This document shows positions 41,967-57,716 of a DNA stretch of 64,000 bases, piece after piece. The notes beneath the pieces were generated by a model, which saw only the letters and a program-made list of their open reading frames with translations, searched no databases and had not been told where the DNA came from. Source of the stretch: Paramecium tetraurelia (Eukaryota); contig CT868330.1 in the NCBI GenBank assembly GCA_000165425.1, forward strand, positions 248,001 to 312,000, given 5' to 3'. Both the position numbers and the translations under genes were made by a program. Each line of letters opens with the position of its first letter. Position 1 is the stretch's first letter.

Positions 41967-42332
41967 AAATAAAATTTGATCATCAATAAATTTATTTGAT
42001 TTATATGATAAATTAAATTATCATATAACTTTATATTATTAATATTATTTTGAAATTCTCCCTCAGTTTATCAAATATTCTTTATATTCAGAATTATCCT
42101 ACTTGTACCTTGTAATATATAATTAGTCCTATATTTATTATTAAGGGCAGTATCTTATTTCAGCACTTTTTAAGGATTTACATACTTTAAAAATTGAAGA
42201 GTTCTAATGGTTAAATAATTTAATAGATTTGATTTAAATAGAACTAGAATTATTAAGAAAGATTTCTAAAAACCATATTTATAATTATTTATTTATATCT
42301 ATCAATTAACAATAATATAAAATTTATCTATC

Positions 42333-42834
42333 TCAAACTGAAGGACCCTTGGCTGACACTTCATCAACCATTTTCTTTAATTATGGATTTCCTTTAATAA
42401 TTATTAATTATCATACTCAAATATCTGCCAATAATAGGGAGTTTGGTTGCACCGTCATATAGGAATGGAAGGAAAGACTTAAACATCTGGAAAAGTCCAT
42501 AAATTTACAATGGAAATCCAATAATTGATAATCTTAAAAATATGATAATGAAGAATCCCAAAAAAAAGAAAATGCTTCCCTTAATTTTGCCTAACACTAA
42601 ACAAAAATTAAATACCTTTCTTTAGGAAGAATGACAATGTACTTTTAATTCCTATCAATAAACAAAGACCAATCAAAAATGATAAATTCCCCAACACTAA
42701 TAGAGCTCTGTCAAGGAAAAACATAATCCCTAAGACAAATAGCAAAAGACTGATAGTGAGAAAACCCATTCCGATTCCTGTGTTCCTAATATCACAATTG
42801 ATGATTTACTTTTAGAGTCATCTAGAAAATACAT
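42333..42834 (-). CDS. GOT1: Got1/Sft2-family vesicle transport protein
   Basis: GIGMGFLTISLLLFVLGIMFFLDRALLVLGNLSFLIGL...KIKGSIFFFLG...IYGLFQMFKSFLP...LPIIGRYL; three tiny introns. Confidence 0.9.
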
Positions 42835-43223
42835 TTAAGAAAAATTTATTATTTATATTAAAACACGTAAACCATATGTTATTTATCAACTTAATCTAAC
42901 AAAAACTATTATTGAAACAAATTAGATAATAACCTAGGATTCTTTTTGACATATTATCATCATCTGAAATAATATTCATTTCCTTTTATGTAAAATGACT
43001 AAAAATTCTTATTTTCAGATTATAGAGAGATACTTTATCAAAAATTAAATACAAACATAAATTTTAGACATTAAAAACAATTAAAATTGTTAATACATAG
43101 GTTATTTGATAGCTTTATAATTTATTATCTTTAAAATTAGTTTTAATATCAAAGAGATATCAATCTAATGTCATTAAATTGAATACTTATAAAAAGGTTT
43201 TACTTGAATAATAATTATAATTA

Positions 43224-43693
43224 TCATTTTTATTGACCAAGGTAAGTTCTATCAAAAAAATGAGGTGCTGAAGTCCACTTATTTCTGTAGTCTGACATTT
43301 ACTAGGGATTCTTTTCAAAGACTCCTTTTTTAATGATAAATTTCTTGAGTTCAGAAGTTCGAAATTAATCTTTTGGATTCTTGAACTCTTATCTAGAAAA
43401 AGTATAACTGTTATTATTACTGATTTGTAGTTTAGAAATGATTAGACTAATTGTTTTGAAAGTTTAACCAATTTTATGAGCACTTCATAAATGATTCCTA
43501 TAATAATAACAAAGAATACTTATGTAAGTTTGCTAACATTATATTAATTTTTCTCAACTTTTTATTCTTTATAAAAGGTTGAATATTTTGATTTTGGTTC
43601 GCATCTTTCTTCATACCAATTACCAACTAATGTTTTAGAGTTGAATTTCTTTTCTGGGTGTGATGTTTGTTGTAAAATGAATTCGTTCGGCAT
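43224..43693 (-). CDS. Small ciliary microtubule-inner-protein-like protein (GNW motif, CFAP68/CFAP95/CFAP107-like)
   Basis: KKFNSKTLVGNWYEER N-terminal motif; C-terminal DYRNKWTSAPHFFDRTYLGQQK-TGA. Confidence 0.55.
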
Positions 43694-44497
43694 AGAAATT
43701 AATTTAATTAAAATTATTAATAATTTAATCAGTCAACCCTTGTTCTCCTCTAAAATTTCAGTTTTATGCTCATATCAAAATGATTTATAATCTTTAGCAT
43801 TAATAAGGATACCGTTATGAAACATGGTTTTAATCTGTTTTGATAATCAAACAAAAGGATAATATACCAAATATGTTATTATTTAATGAAACGAATGACA
43901 GATTTATTGAAAAGTGCATAGAAATAAATAGATAAAACATAAAAGATAGATTAGGATATTTGATCATAAAATACAGAAGAAAAAAAGTTTGAATAGAATT
44001 GAAAGTTTAAGATTACCTGAAAATCTCTCATCATCTTAAATGAATTAAATAATTTAGAAAAAACTTTAAAGGAACTTTGAATATTATTTAATTATATGGA
44101 AGAATACAAATTATTTTCCTTATTTATTTGTTTGTTTAAGTAATTAATTTTAAATATGATTTGAAATAGATTCTTCTGTTGACTAAACTAGAAGCGAATT
44201 TAAAAGATAATAAATTAAAAATTGACAAATAATAATATGTAGCTAAAAGGAGGAGATAAAGCAAATAAATAGCAAATGAAGTCTGGTTCTAATACATAAA
44301 TGATTAGTTAAAATTATTCATAATATTATGCTTATAGAATAATCAATAATGATTATAATGTAAAAACCTGATAGAATATTCTAATAATAAGGTTTATTAT
44401 GATAGTTTAAATCAGAAAGCTTAACTTTGATAAAGAGAGTCTATTTAATGTGTAAAATCAAGTATTTATTCATTATTTAAATTGGATAAAATATTAT

Positions 44498-45405
44498 TCA
44501 AGCCTTATTCTTGAGATTCCTTTGGAGCATTTCTTGTTCCTTTAATTTATTTATTTTTCTTCTTAGTTCTTCTTACTTTTAATCTATAATCTTCTCCTTA
44601 AAAAGATCAGGATACACTAAAAATATATTATTTGGTCTAACATAATCTTGCAATAGATTTATCTTCAGTCATGAAATCTTTGGCAATTTTCAGCTGTCCT
44701 GGGAATCTTCCTTTGGTATTGACTAATTGTGGTTTCTATTCAGGTAACTTAATTATTATAAGGTTTCATTACTTTGAACATTTCCAATTATTACTTTTCT
44801 TCTTTCAAGACCTATTCAAAGTCTTTGATTGATCTGCAATTTAAACTTTCCTTTGGAGGTATATTAAAACTTTTATAGTCATAGGATTTGGACTCAAACA
44901 AATGACTCATTTCTTTAAAATGATCTTAATCATTAAGATCATAATGTTGAATGGTTGAAATTGATCTCGCCTACTGTGGATCTAATAAACTTTAATATTG
45001 GGATGCAACTGTAGATTGGGGAATATGTGGCAAAGTTTAGTAGCTCTATGTTTACAATAAGGATTTCTCATCCTTTGATAAATTTATGTGGATTTATTTC
45101 TTTTCAGTTTTAAAATGTTCCAAATTGGGTAATTTTGTAGGTCGAGGCAATTGAGAATACCAAACTAATTTATTTATCGAAGGGGTATAGCTAGTAAAAT
45201 TTTTTTAGAGAGATTTAGCTTTTAAAGGCATATAACTTGGTTTTTTCGCTAGTTTAATTCTATCCTTATAACCAACAGATCCAGTCAAAGAAGCATCAAA
45301 TTCTTTAATATAATCGGCAGTTTTATAGACTTTTTGTTTTTCTCCAGTTTCATTATTGATTAAGTAATAATTATTGGTGTCCAAATCATTCCATAGAGAT
45401 ATCAT
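44498..45405 (-). CDS. Hypothetical protein
   Basis: MISLWNDLDTNNYYLINNETGEK...; basic and coiled-coil C-terminus; tiny introns; boundaries approximate. Confidence 0.5.
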
Positions 45406-45509
45406 GCTCTTATTATATGTCGTATACTAATATAATTATTATAATAAAATTCATATATTAAAGTAAAAGAAGCAAAATAGAGTGCTCAATTATTGAACAA
45501 CGACTATAA

Positions 45510-47516
45510 TCATTCAATTCTGTTTTATAACAGTTATTACATTTGATGTAATATATATACAGATTCCGATGTATACAAATTAATGATTGATTATCAAACT
45601 TATATTTAAGAATTTGAGGAGTCTCTGAGAATAATAGTTAATATGGAATTATATAAGCAATGCTGTTATGATATATATGGATATTTGTATTATGTTATTC
45701 AATATCTTTTTACGGCTCTCTGCATAGATGAAGTAAAGGATATTTTTGACAAATTAGAACTAACTTTGGATAGTGAAGCATTTTATTAGTCTGATAGATT
45801 AGATGATATCTTATCAATGTCAGAGGATTTCATAGATTCAAACCTTGAAAAGTTAGAGTCAATTTATTTTTTGCTTGGTTTTGGCGCATTTAAAATTGAT
45901 GTAACAGAAGAATGAATATCAGAAGGTATATTTTGATCTTCAATATTAGAATCCACATCATAGTCCTATTACTTATTTTCAAATTAAGAAATGTCTGAAC
46001 TTAACATATCTATTTCTTAATTATCTTCCTATTTTATTAATTTAGATATATTTGAACTTACGTCAGATAGGTTATCTTATTTCTATTACAACACTCTTTA
46101 TTACAAAACTGCAATAACTTGCTCATAGTATTGTTATTATTATTTTAGAGCTTGTTTTAATACTTTTGGATCATCAGAAATAGTTTATTGCTTTAATTTA
46201 TTTTAGATTTCCTTGTTAATCTTTACATCATAAGAGATGTCATCGACCTACTTATATGCTCCTGCTCTTTATAATTTAGCCTACAATTATTCTATGTCTT
46301 GCTCTAATTTAGTGATTGTGGCTTTCAACTATCCCTAATCTAATAGGTTTTATGAAATTTCATTTTCCTTTTAAGCTAATGATTATTTCAATTAACTAAG
46401 TTAAGTCAAATAATCAGCCTCTTTTTTAGTAAATTCCTCTATTCTCTCTCGCAATTCTTTTCTAATAATTAATATTAATATAAATACGATTTAGCATTCA
46501 ATTCCTTTTCTTATTCCATTAATCTCTTCTCTAATTATTAGTTCTTCTTAATGGCTTTTCCTAATTCAGTAGATTTATTTTCTAAGTCTCTTTACACTCC
46601 TTGTTTTTCTAATTTTATTATATCAACCTCTGCTCTCAATTGTTTTTCCACACTTTCTAATTTGGTCTCCTAAACCTTATTAAGCATCTTCTATTCTTCA
46701 ATATCAACTTCTTTTGTGATATCATGGAATTCCTATTGATTTTCTCTTCTTTTGTAATCTTCCATCAATTTTTGAAGTTATTCATATTTTTTGGTTAGTA
46801 TAACTAATTAGCCCTTTTATTCATTCAAGACTGTAATCTATCTACTTTTTTCATCTAATGTTTCTTCCAATTTGAAATTCTTATCTTATAAAGCAGCAAT
46901 TTCAGCTTTGAAATTGGAGTTATCTTCAGTTAATTGAGCTATTTTCTTGGTGTGTACTTCAAATTGAGCATCCATAGAGAATGTGCTGGCATTTTCACTT
47001 TGCTCAGATTGCATCAACTCTTGTTATTTCTTGTTCATCTGTTCTTTCAGGGCTCTCAATTAATTATCTAACCTCTTGTTTTCAATTTTCAATTCTTCCC
47101 TAGTTAGAGCCTTGATCTTTGGAGGTCCTTTGTTCAATGCCTCGATAATTTGATTATCACATCTTTAATCGTTGTTGACTATGGAACGCAATGTTTAAAT
47201 AACTAGATCTTAATCTGCAATTTCTTGATTCAGTTACTCAATTAATTGTGATCGTTTGTGTTCCTTATTCATGTTTTTCAATTGTGCATTCTCCTTTTTC
47301 AAGAGGGTGATCGAATTCATTAGATTACGAACCTTATCCTGATGTATTTAATTTAAAGCATTGATCTTCTCTAATTATATGTATTATAATTAAATTACTT
47401 TCAGCAGCTCCATTCTATTCTTCATACTGAAATATCAATTCCTTCTAATCCTTATTTAACTTCCTGAGTTCTTCAAGTTGATTGGCAAGTATGACAATCT
47501 TTTATTGATCTTACAT
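45510..47516 (-). CDS. Long coiled-coil protein
   Basis: MQDQQKIVILANQLEELRKL...HQDKVRNLMNSITLLKKEN...NKGPPKIKALTREELK; heptad-rich; 3' end approximate. Confidence 0.65.
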
Positions 47517-47552
47517 AATAATAAAATTGCAAAAATAGTTTAATTAATTTAC

Positions 47553-47990
47553 ATGGGAATGAGACTTAAAAAACTTACATAAACCCTTGAAAGCAAACCT
47601 CCACAATAGTACAATTTCCCTAGAGGAGCTGATCAATTCGAATATTCGCCAGATAGATCATATAGTTCCTTATAAGTAGATGTGTACGATCTCAACAGTC
47701 AATTAAGACGCATTCATCGTAGAGTGCTATCTTAAGTTGTAATTCAAAAAGGGAAATCAAAAGAAAATAAATTGAGCACTCTATCTCCTCTGAAAGTAGA
47801 TTAGTTGGCAGTCACAAAAGCAAAACTTAATTCATAAAGATTCTTTCTGATGAATTAAGTACGTAACATTAAACCAAAGTAAAACAAATTGTAGTCTTCG
47901 TAACTTGTCATTTAGAAGTCTTCGTAAAAGAGAGGTTAGAGAATGCATACGGATACGATTGAAAGCATAACCAAATATCGATTGGGATGA
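47553..47990 (+). CDS. Hypothetical basic protein (145 aa)
   Basis: Intronless 438-nt ATG..TGA ORF in the ciliate code. Confidence 0.55.
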
Positions 47991-48013
47991 CTTAAATTAT
48001 TATTTTAATATAA

Positions 48014-48628
48014 ATGTCTATTCGACAATTTGTAGGGATTCAAGAAATAGCCAAAAAGGCTTTTAATTCTCTGATTGTGATTCGCAAAGAGATAGAGAGT
48101 AAAAACCAAGAAGTCTTGGCACATGGAATATCAGTCTACAATTAAGTTGTGCCTATAGATGCAAGCAAAAGCAAATTTGGATTTTTCAGATGTAATTTTG
48201 TCTTATACCAATTTTCAGCATCTCGTCTTGACAATAGATCAGACCATAGATACTATGACATGAACCCATTGCCTCCTCCAGAGTCCAAGATTGCTCGTGT
48301 CTACATCATGGACGATAATCGCATGCATCAAAGTAATTTACTGTTGCGAATACACTTAGCTCCCACAATGAGATAAGGATATCATTGGAATGTCTAGATT
48401 GAGAGAGGACCCATCCACAGAATGCCTTGGAGTGGTTGGACATTTTCAAAGGATTAGAAGAGCAGAGAAGTTTATAAGTTCCTCAGTTTGGAAGCTGCAC
48501 TAGAATTTTGCCAATAAGATGGGTATGGATATATTATACAATATCCCCACTTTCGTTACACTTCTAAGAGAAAATATGCTGACAATTTTAAGTGGAAGGG
48601 ATTTCCAAAGGATGAACAAGACTCTTGA
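48014..48628 (+). CDS. NDUFS4: Complex I accessory subunit NDUFS4-like
   Basis: KIARVY, HWNVQIERG...GWTFSKD, FLSLEAALEFCQQDGYGY...KRKYADNFKWKG; two 27-nt introns. Confidence 0.75.
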
Positions 48629-48805
48629 AAAGATATTATCAATAATAACAAGGAATATCAATAATTGGCATTCTAAAGGTTTCTTGTTCTCCGCATTCTC
48701 TCCTAAATACATAAATACCCTTATATAAGCCTTAAAAGTTATTATATATTTCATTCTGAGATTTTGTTTAAATTGTAAAACCTATTTATTAATGATTAAT
48801 TAATT

Positions 48806-51800
48806 ATGATTGAATTGCAAGAGACTAGTCCAAAAGAGGAAATCGACTTTGGGTAAAGAGTGCTTCTCTATTTGTTAGATAATCCACCTTGGAATATCAG
48901 GGTGAATATGATGATCAATATAAACTAACAGCAATCTATTATAGGATCAACAAGTGCAAATAGATCATTTATTATGTTTTGCTATTTCTAACTCTTGGAT
49001 TATTGTACTTATTTCAAAGATGGTTTATAAATTTGAGATTGTTTCTATTGTAAGCTTAAATCATGTAAAAAGATTTGAAAAATGTGAATTTGGTACAATG
49101 ACACATGTTTTAGTGATCAAGACCAAGAACATAATTCCAATTGCAGATGATCAATTATGCGAAGTTACCGTTGTTTAGGATCATCCCTTTTCCAAACATG
49201 CACGAGTCTTTAATTATGAGCTAAGTGATTATTTCATTGACACTTATTCAAAAGCATTAGTCTAGATGAGGAATTCATTCTCTTAGTACACCTAAGAAAG
49301 AATCTGCAATATGAAAGGCCTTTCAGAGTTGACTACTATTTATGGATAGAATATCATGGAAATACCAATCAAACCAATTCCACTCCTATTACTTGATGAA
49401 ATATTAACACCCTTCAATATCTTTCAATTTAGTGCTCTTGCGTTGTGGGCTTATGATGATTACTTAAATTATTCGCTATTTATTTTAGCAATCACTATCA
49501 TTTAAATCGGAATTGAATTGAGAGATGTGAGATAAAACTTATAGAAAATCCAAAAAATGATTAGATTCAACGTAGATGTCAAAGTAATAAGAAATAACAA
49601 TTAAATTACTATAGAATCTAAAGAATTGATTCCAGGAGATTTATTGATAATTGAAGGACATACTAAAATCAGTTGCGATTGTATTTTGATTGAAGGCAAC
49701 TGTGTTATGAATGAAGCTGTGTTGACAGGTGAGAGTGTGCCAATTAATAAATCCAGTTTGGAAAAGAATGAACAATTGTTTCTATAAAAAGGGAATGAAA
49801 ATAAGATGCTATTTTGTGGTACTACTTGTTTAAGAAGTTATTCATAAAATGGAGAACATGCTAAAGCAATTGTATACTAAACTGGATTCTAAACATTAAA
49901 AGGCAGTCTGGCTAGATCAATCATGTTTAATAGAACTCAAACATTTAGCTTCTACAGAGATTCATTAAGATATCTCTTTGTATTGGCCACATTAGGATTG
50001 ATACAAGCAAATATTACAATCTTAATTAGTGGGGCTCAAGGAGTTGCTCTTGGGGAAAGCATAATAAATGCTTTAGAAATAGTAACGATAATAGTTCCTG
50101 CCACATTACCAACTGCTTTAGGAGCTGGTATTAGTCTTGCTTTGAAGCGTTTAGAAGATAAATCTATCCAATGTGTAAAGCCTGACAAAATAAATGTGGC
50201 AAGCAAAGTCAATTTAGTAGCTTTTGATAAAACAGGAACACTGACTGAATTAGGACTTGATGTGTTGGGATGTAGAGAAATCAAGGATTAAGGGTTTAAT
50301 AGATTATAAATGATTAAAGATGTTTCCAGAACAGTTTAATGAGTGTATGGGTATTTGTCATTCATTATCAATAATAAATAATGAGATTATGGGAGATCCA
50401 ATTGATCTATGTATGTTTTAAGAGACTGGATGGGAGTTAGTGGAAGAGAGTAAGGCAAGAAAAGGAGGGAAAGGAAGTATCAGTGTTGAAACGATTTGAT
50501 TTCTAGGCAGAGTTATAGAGGATGTCAGTCATTACAAATCAATGTATCTTATATTGTAAAGGATCACCTGAGTAGATAAAGAGCATCTGTAGGAATATTC
50601 CTATTAATTATAACAATATGTTATAGAAGTACAGTAGTTAGGGTTTCAGAATAATTGCTTGTTGTTATAGAGATGTTACACATTTTGAATATGCAATAGT
50701 TACATAAGAGAGAAATCTATGAGTAAAGTATGTCATTCTTGGGATTTCTGATTTTTGAGAACAAATTAAAAGCAGAAACTCAATCTACTATATTAAGTTT
50801 GAAGTACAGCAACATCAAATCTATTATGGTGACAGGTGATAATCCATATACTGCAATTAATATTGGTTTGTAATGCAATATTTTGGATCAGAATAGCAGA
50901 ATCTTTTTGGGATAGCTCAATGAGGGAGTATTATATTGGAATGAGATTAATGCAATTGAAAACAGATAAAGTCGATGAGAATAGAAGTTGTTATAGTTTA
51001 GATTCAAATTAAGCTCAGAACTTAGAAACCAATTAGATTATGAAACTAAGTTGTCACCTTTAACTAGCAATTACTGGATAGGTGTTCGAATATTTGTAGT
51101 ATTAATATGCTGCCTTACTGGATAATCAACAATGGGTCCTAAATCTATTATAAAAAACATACATTTACTCAAGAATGAAACCCAACAACAAAGGTGATCT
51201 TATGCTTCTCTTGAGATAGGACAATTTGAATTTTATTGCTTTTTGTGGAGATGGCACTAATGATACTTGTGCTTTGAGATAAGCAGATGTTGGTTTAGCT
51301 TTATCTTTAGAAGATGCCTCTTTAGCATCTCCGTTTACGAGCACTATATTCAATATTTCAAATATGATCAATTTAATTAAAGAAGGGAGAGCCTGTTTAG
51401 TTACTTGTGTGGAATGCTTCAAATTTATGACTTTGTACTCATGCATTTAATCTGCTGCTGTGTTGTAATGCTATTTTTATGATACAGACTTCACTTAAGT
51501 TCAATATCTTTATTAGGATCTCTGGTTGATCATCCCATTAGCTTTTACAATGGATTTAACAAAATCATATAATAAATTAGCTAATTATCGACCAATAAGC
51601 AATTTAATCTCATTGCCAGTTCTGTCTTCTGTCTGTGTGATTATTTTCATATCCTTTCTTGCTTAAATGATTATGCATCAAATATTGAAACACTAAGATT
51701 TCTATCAGTAAATGGTAATCGAATTGGTTAATGATGACTATTATATGCAACCTAATTATACTAATTCTATTTTGCTAATAACATCCAGCACTGAGATTTT

Positions 51801-52095
51801 GGCTGTAGGTCTAGCATATACTTAAGGACCGCCTTTCAGAGAGGCCATCTCTCAGAATTTCTATTATATGATAGTCATCTGTATGGGGATTGCTGGATAA
51901 ATAGTGTTGATATTCTTCCCGAATTTGACTGGATTTTTATCTTTGGAAGTGGAATTTCCAACGGATTTTAAGATCCAAATTCTAGTAGTCAATATTGTAG
52001 TAGGAATTACAATTGTATTTTACGAGAAATTGATCACTGCGAAAATGACTTAGAAATACGCAGAAGTAGAAATTAATTTAGGAAATCAAAATTGA
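48806..52095 (+). CDS. P5B-type (ATP13A-like) P-type ATPase
   Basis: LIPGD, NEAVLTGES, TGFQTLKGSLARSI, IVPATLP, AFDKTGTLTE, KGSPE, MVTGDN, CGDGTND, IKEGRACLVT. Four apparent +1 indels between about 50320 and 50965. Confidence 0.9.
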
Positions 52096-52122
52096 TAAGA
52101 TAAAATATATTCACTCTGTATT

Positions 52123-53820
52123 TCATTATCTTGCTGTATCTAACCTATAGTCTGCACTCTGTACTAACTAATTAATCACTGATGTGTCTAATATCTGAAT
52201 GTCTTGATTCAATTATAGTTTCATTAAGTCTATTATAGGTTCGTCCATGCTGTTTATTAATTTCTGATTTATGGGATCCTAATAATTGGTTATAATCTCT
52301 TTAAATGCCTGTTAGGCCTCTAATGCCTTTTGATACGGAGTCTTGGCAGGTTTCAAAAGTGAGCAGAAATTATCCTCTGAAATATCCTAAGGGTCTGCCC
52401 CAATAAAGGGTTTTGGTAAATAATCAAACATTTAAATTTAGGCTTTATTGAGTAGTATGAATTTCAATTTATCTACTTCGTGTAATTTGTTGATAATATA
52501 CAAAATATCAAGGGATTTTTAAATCCGATTAACAGCAAATTGAAATTATGAATGCTTTATGTTATTCTTGTTTCTCCTTTTAGGAAATTGAAAGGTTATG
52601 TATTCAAAGACATTCAAATTCAGTTTCTTGGTCACAACTCTGAAGAATCGTTTAATAGATGCTGAAATCTCATTTGTTATATGTGCCTTCTGATTGTCAG
52701 TGTCAGCCTCTGTGATCATTTGACTCTTCCTTTGTATACTATATAATCGTTTCTTAATATTCAATTAATTGAGCTGACTCCAGGATTTCTGCTTCTTCAA
52801 AATTGGTACAATTGGAATATTCACTTCACTCTAACACAATGGAATTTTCTTATCTAATTGCTATTAAGGACTGGTGGCTTTTTCATTAATTTTCTCGTTA
52901 ACAATCTAAATCTTATCATTTTCAGTGGTTGCATCATCATCATTGGAGAAATTAAAGAGAGAGTTAACAATTTGCAATCGATACGATAAATTACTAAATG
53001 GTAATTAAAAGAACATGGCTAATGTGAAAATTACATTCCACAATCCACCAGCCTCTCCCAGAATTTACTATAGTTTTGGATAGGATCGATAATTAACAAG
53101 CTCGGTCTTATTGAGTCGAATTCTAAACTGAAGTAGTTTTTAGCCATTACCAACATCATATGTTTCTTAATGGTACTAATACGCTAATACACTCTCTTAG
53201 GTCTCATCTTTAAATACCATACCACCATCTGAAATTACAGTAAATGGACTCATGTAAATATCAATTCTTTTATAAATGTTTCTACTTAGTGTTGTTTCTA
53301 TTTTCTCTATTCTAGATTTTACAGGATCTTTGACATCTTTCAAATCATAATAAAAAGTTGGTATTTACAACTAAAATTCAAGACTTTCCTCTTATTTAGG
53401 TACTTAAGTGGCATTCTTCAGAGATATTTCAACGATAACATACTACACATTTTGATCTGATTCATATAGACTGACCTATTTTGAATATTGGTAAAGATTC
53501 TGAGTGAAAGAAAGTGGCCCATCCTTAGTACTGACATTCAAGTTTTGTTCATCTAATCCATTTATGAGGATTTTAAAATTCATAAATTGAGTGGAGTTTA
53601 AGACTTGATGGTAGATCTAATATTGATAAGAACGAGGATTTTTATCTAAATTGATGAAGTTCGTGCATAAAAGGACACTCATCATTGTTATTATAATTAG
53701 TGTGAGAAAGGCACCACAATAAGTTTTATGACGCTCTTAGTCTTTGATTAGTAGGGAAACTGGCTTATTGAAGAGATCGAGGGATCGAAAGGGTTTAAGT
53801 AGTTTTTTATATTTTTTCAT
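52123..53820 (-). CDS. Uncharacterised two-transmembrane protein (paralog of 57717-59660)
   Basis: SLDLFNKPVSLLI...HKTYCGAFLTLIII (TM1), large loop, RSYPKLQQILGEAGGLWNVIF (TM2), tail LDILYIINKLHEVDKLKFILL..QIQMFDYLPKP. Confidence 0.75.
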
Positions 53821-53891
53821 TAAATTTAGGATCAAATAATTTGATGAATTAAATGGTTAATTGATGCCTCTTAAAATCATAATTTAATTAA

Positions 53892-56963
<3,072 letters not shown>

Positions 56964-57716
56964 TATTATATATAAGTAATTATGAATTTATTCATTGTAA
57001 ATATTCTAATAATACTATAAAATGGCGTTGAATATGAATCATTCAGAATTTCTTAAAATTTCAGAAATAGGACTATAATTAGTTAAATTAGACCAATTAG
57101 ACATTATCTATATATAATAATTATTATTATTATAGTATAGATGTTATAAATTTTAATCTAAGTCCTTTATCAAATAACCATTCCTTTACTCATTGTAGTT
57201 TAAAATAATCGAAAATACTAATTTATACAATCAACACTACAGATGCTTTTAATTTTCTTACCTGTTTGAATTTGACGATTCATAATTCTAATCTATTTAG
57301 GAAATGTCTGAAATTCCTAAATGGATAGTATATATATAATTTTTAATTTAAAATTATTTTTTGAATTTCTCATTTGAGCTAATAAGTATAATTTGAATCA
57401 TATATATCAATGAATTCGTTTGATCTGTTCTTAGGATATCTTAGTTCAGTGATCAATTAAATAGTTTATTAAAAATGAATACTACTTTAAATATCAAAGC
57501 ATATCCTCTAATTTCTTAGTTGCATAGGAATAGCTTTCAGAATTAAAGTAGTGATCATGTCTCCACTATCTTTAAACATTTGCATCTTTATTAATTAATG
57601 AGAAATAAGTTATGAAATAAACAAATCAAAATTTTGTAATATTAGAAATAATAAGGAACTATTGATATTTATATTTGTACAATAAATGATATATAATATA
57701 AATTTAATTTCTCTAG

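Noticed and set aside
50440..50510. Euplotes-like programmed +1 frameshifting at stop codons as the explanation for the +1 breaks (some sit directly at TGA, e.g. ISWI 55890 and Rxt3 14106)
   Set aside because: In the P5B ATPase the conserved VLKRFDF motif lies in the +1 frame upstream of the TGA, so the shift precedes the stop. Most breaks are at homopolymers, which fits sequencing error better.
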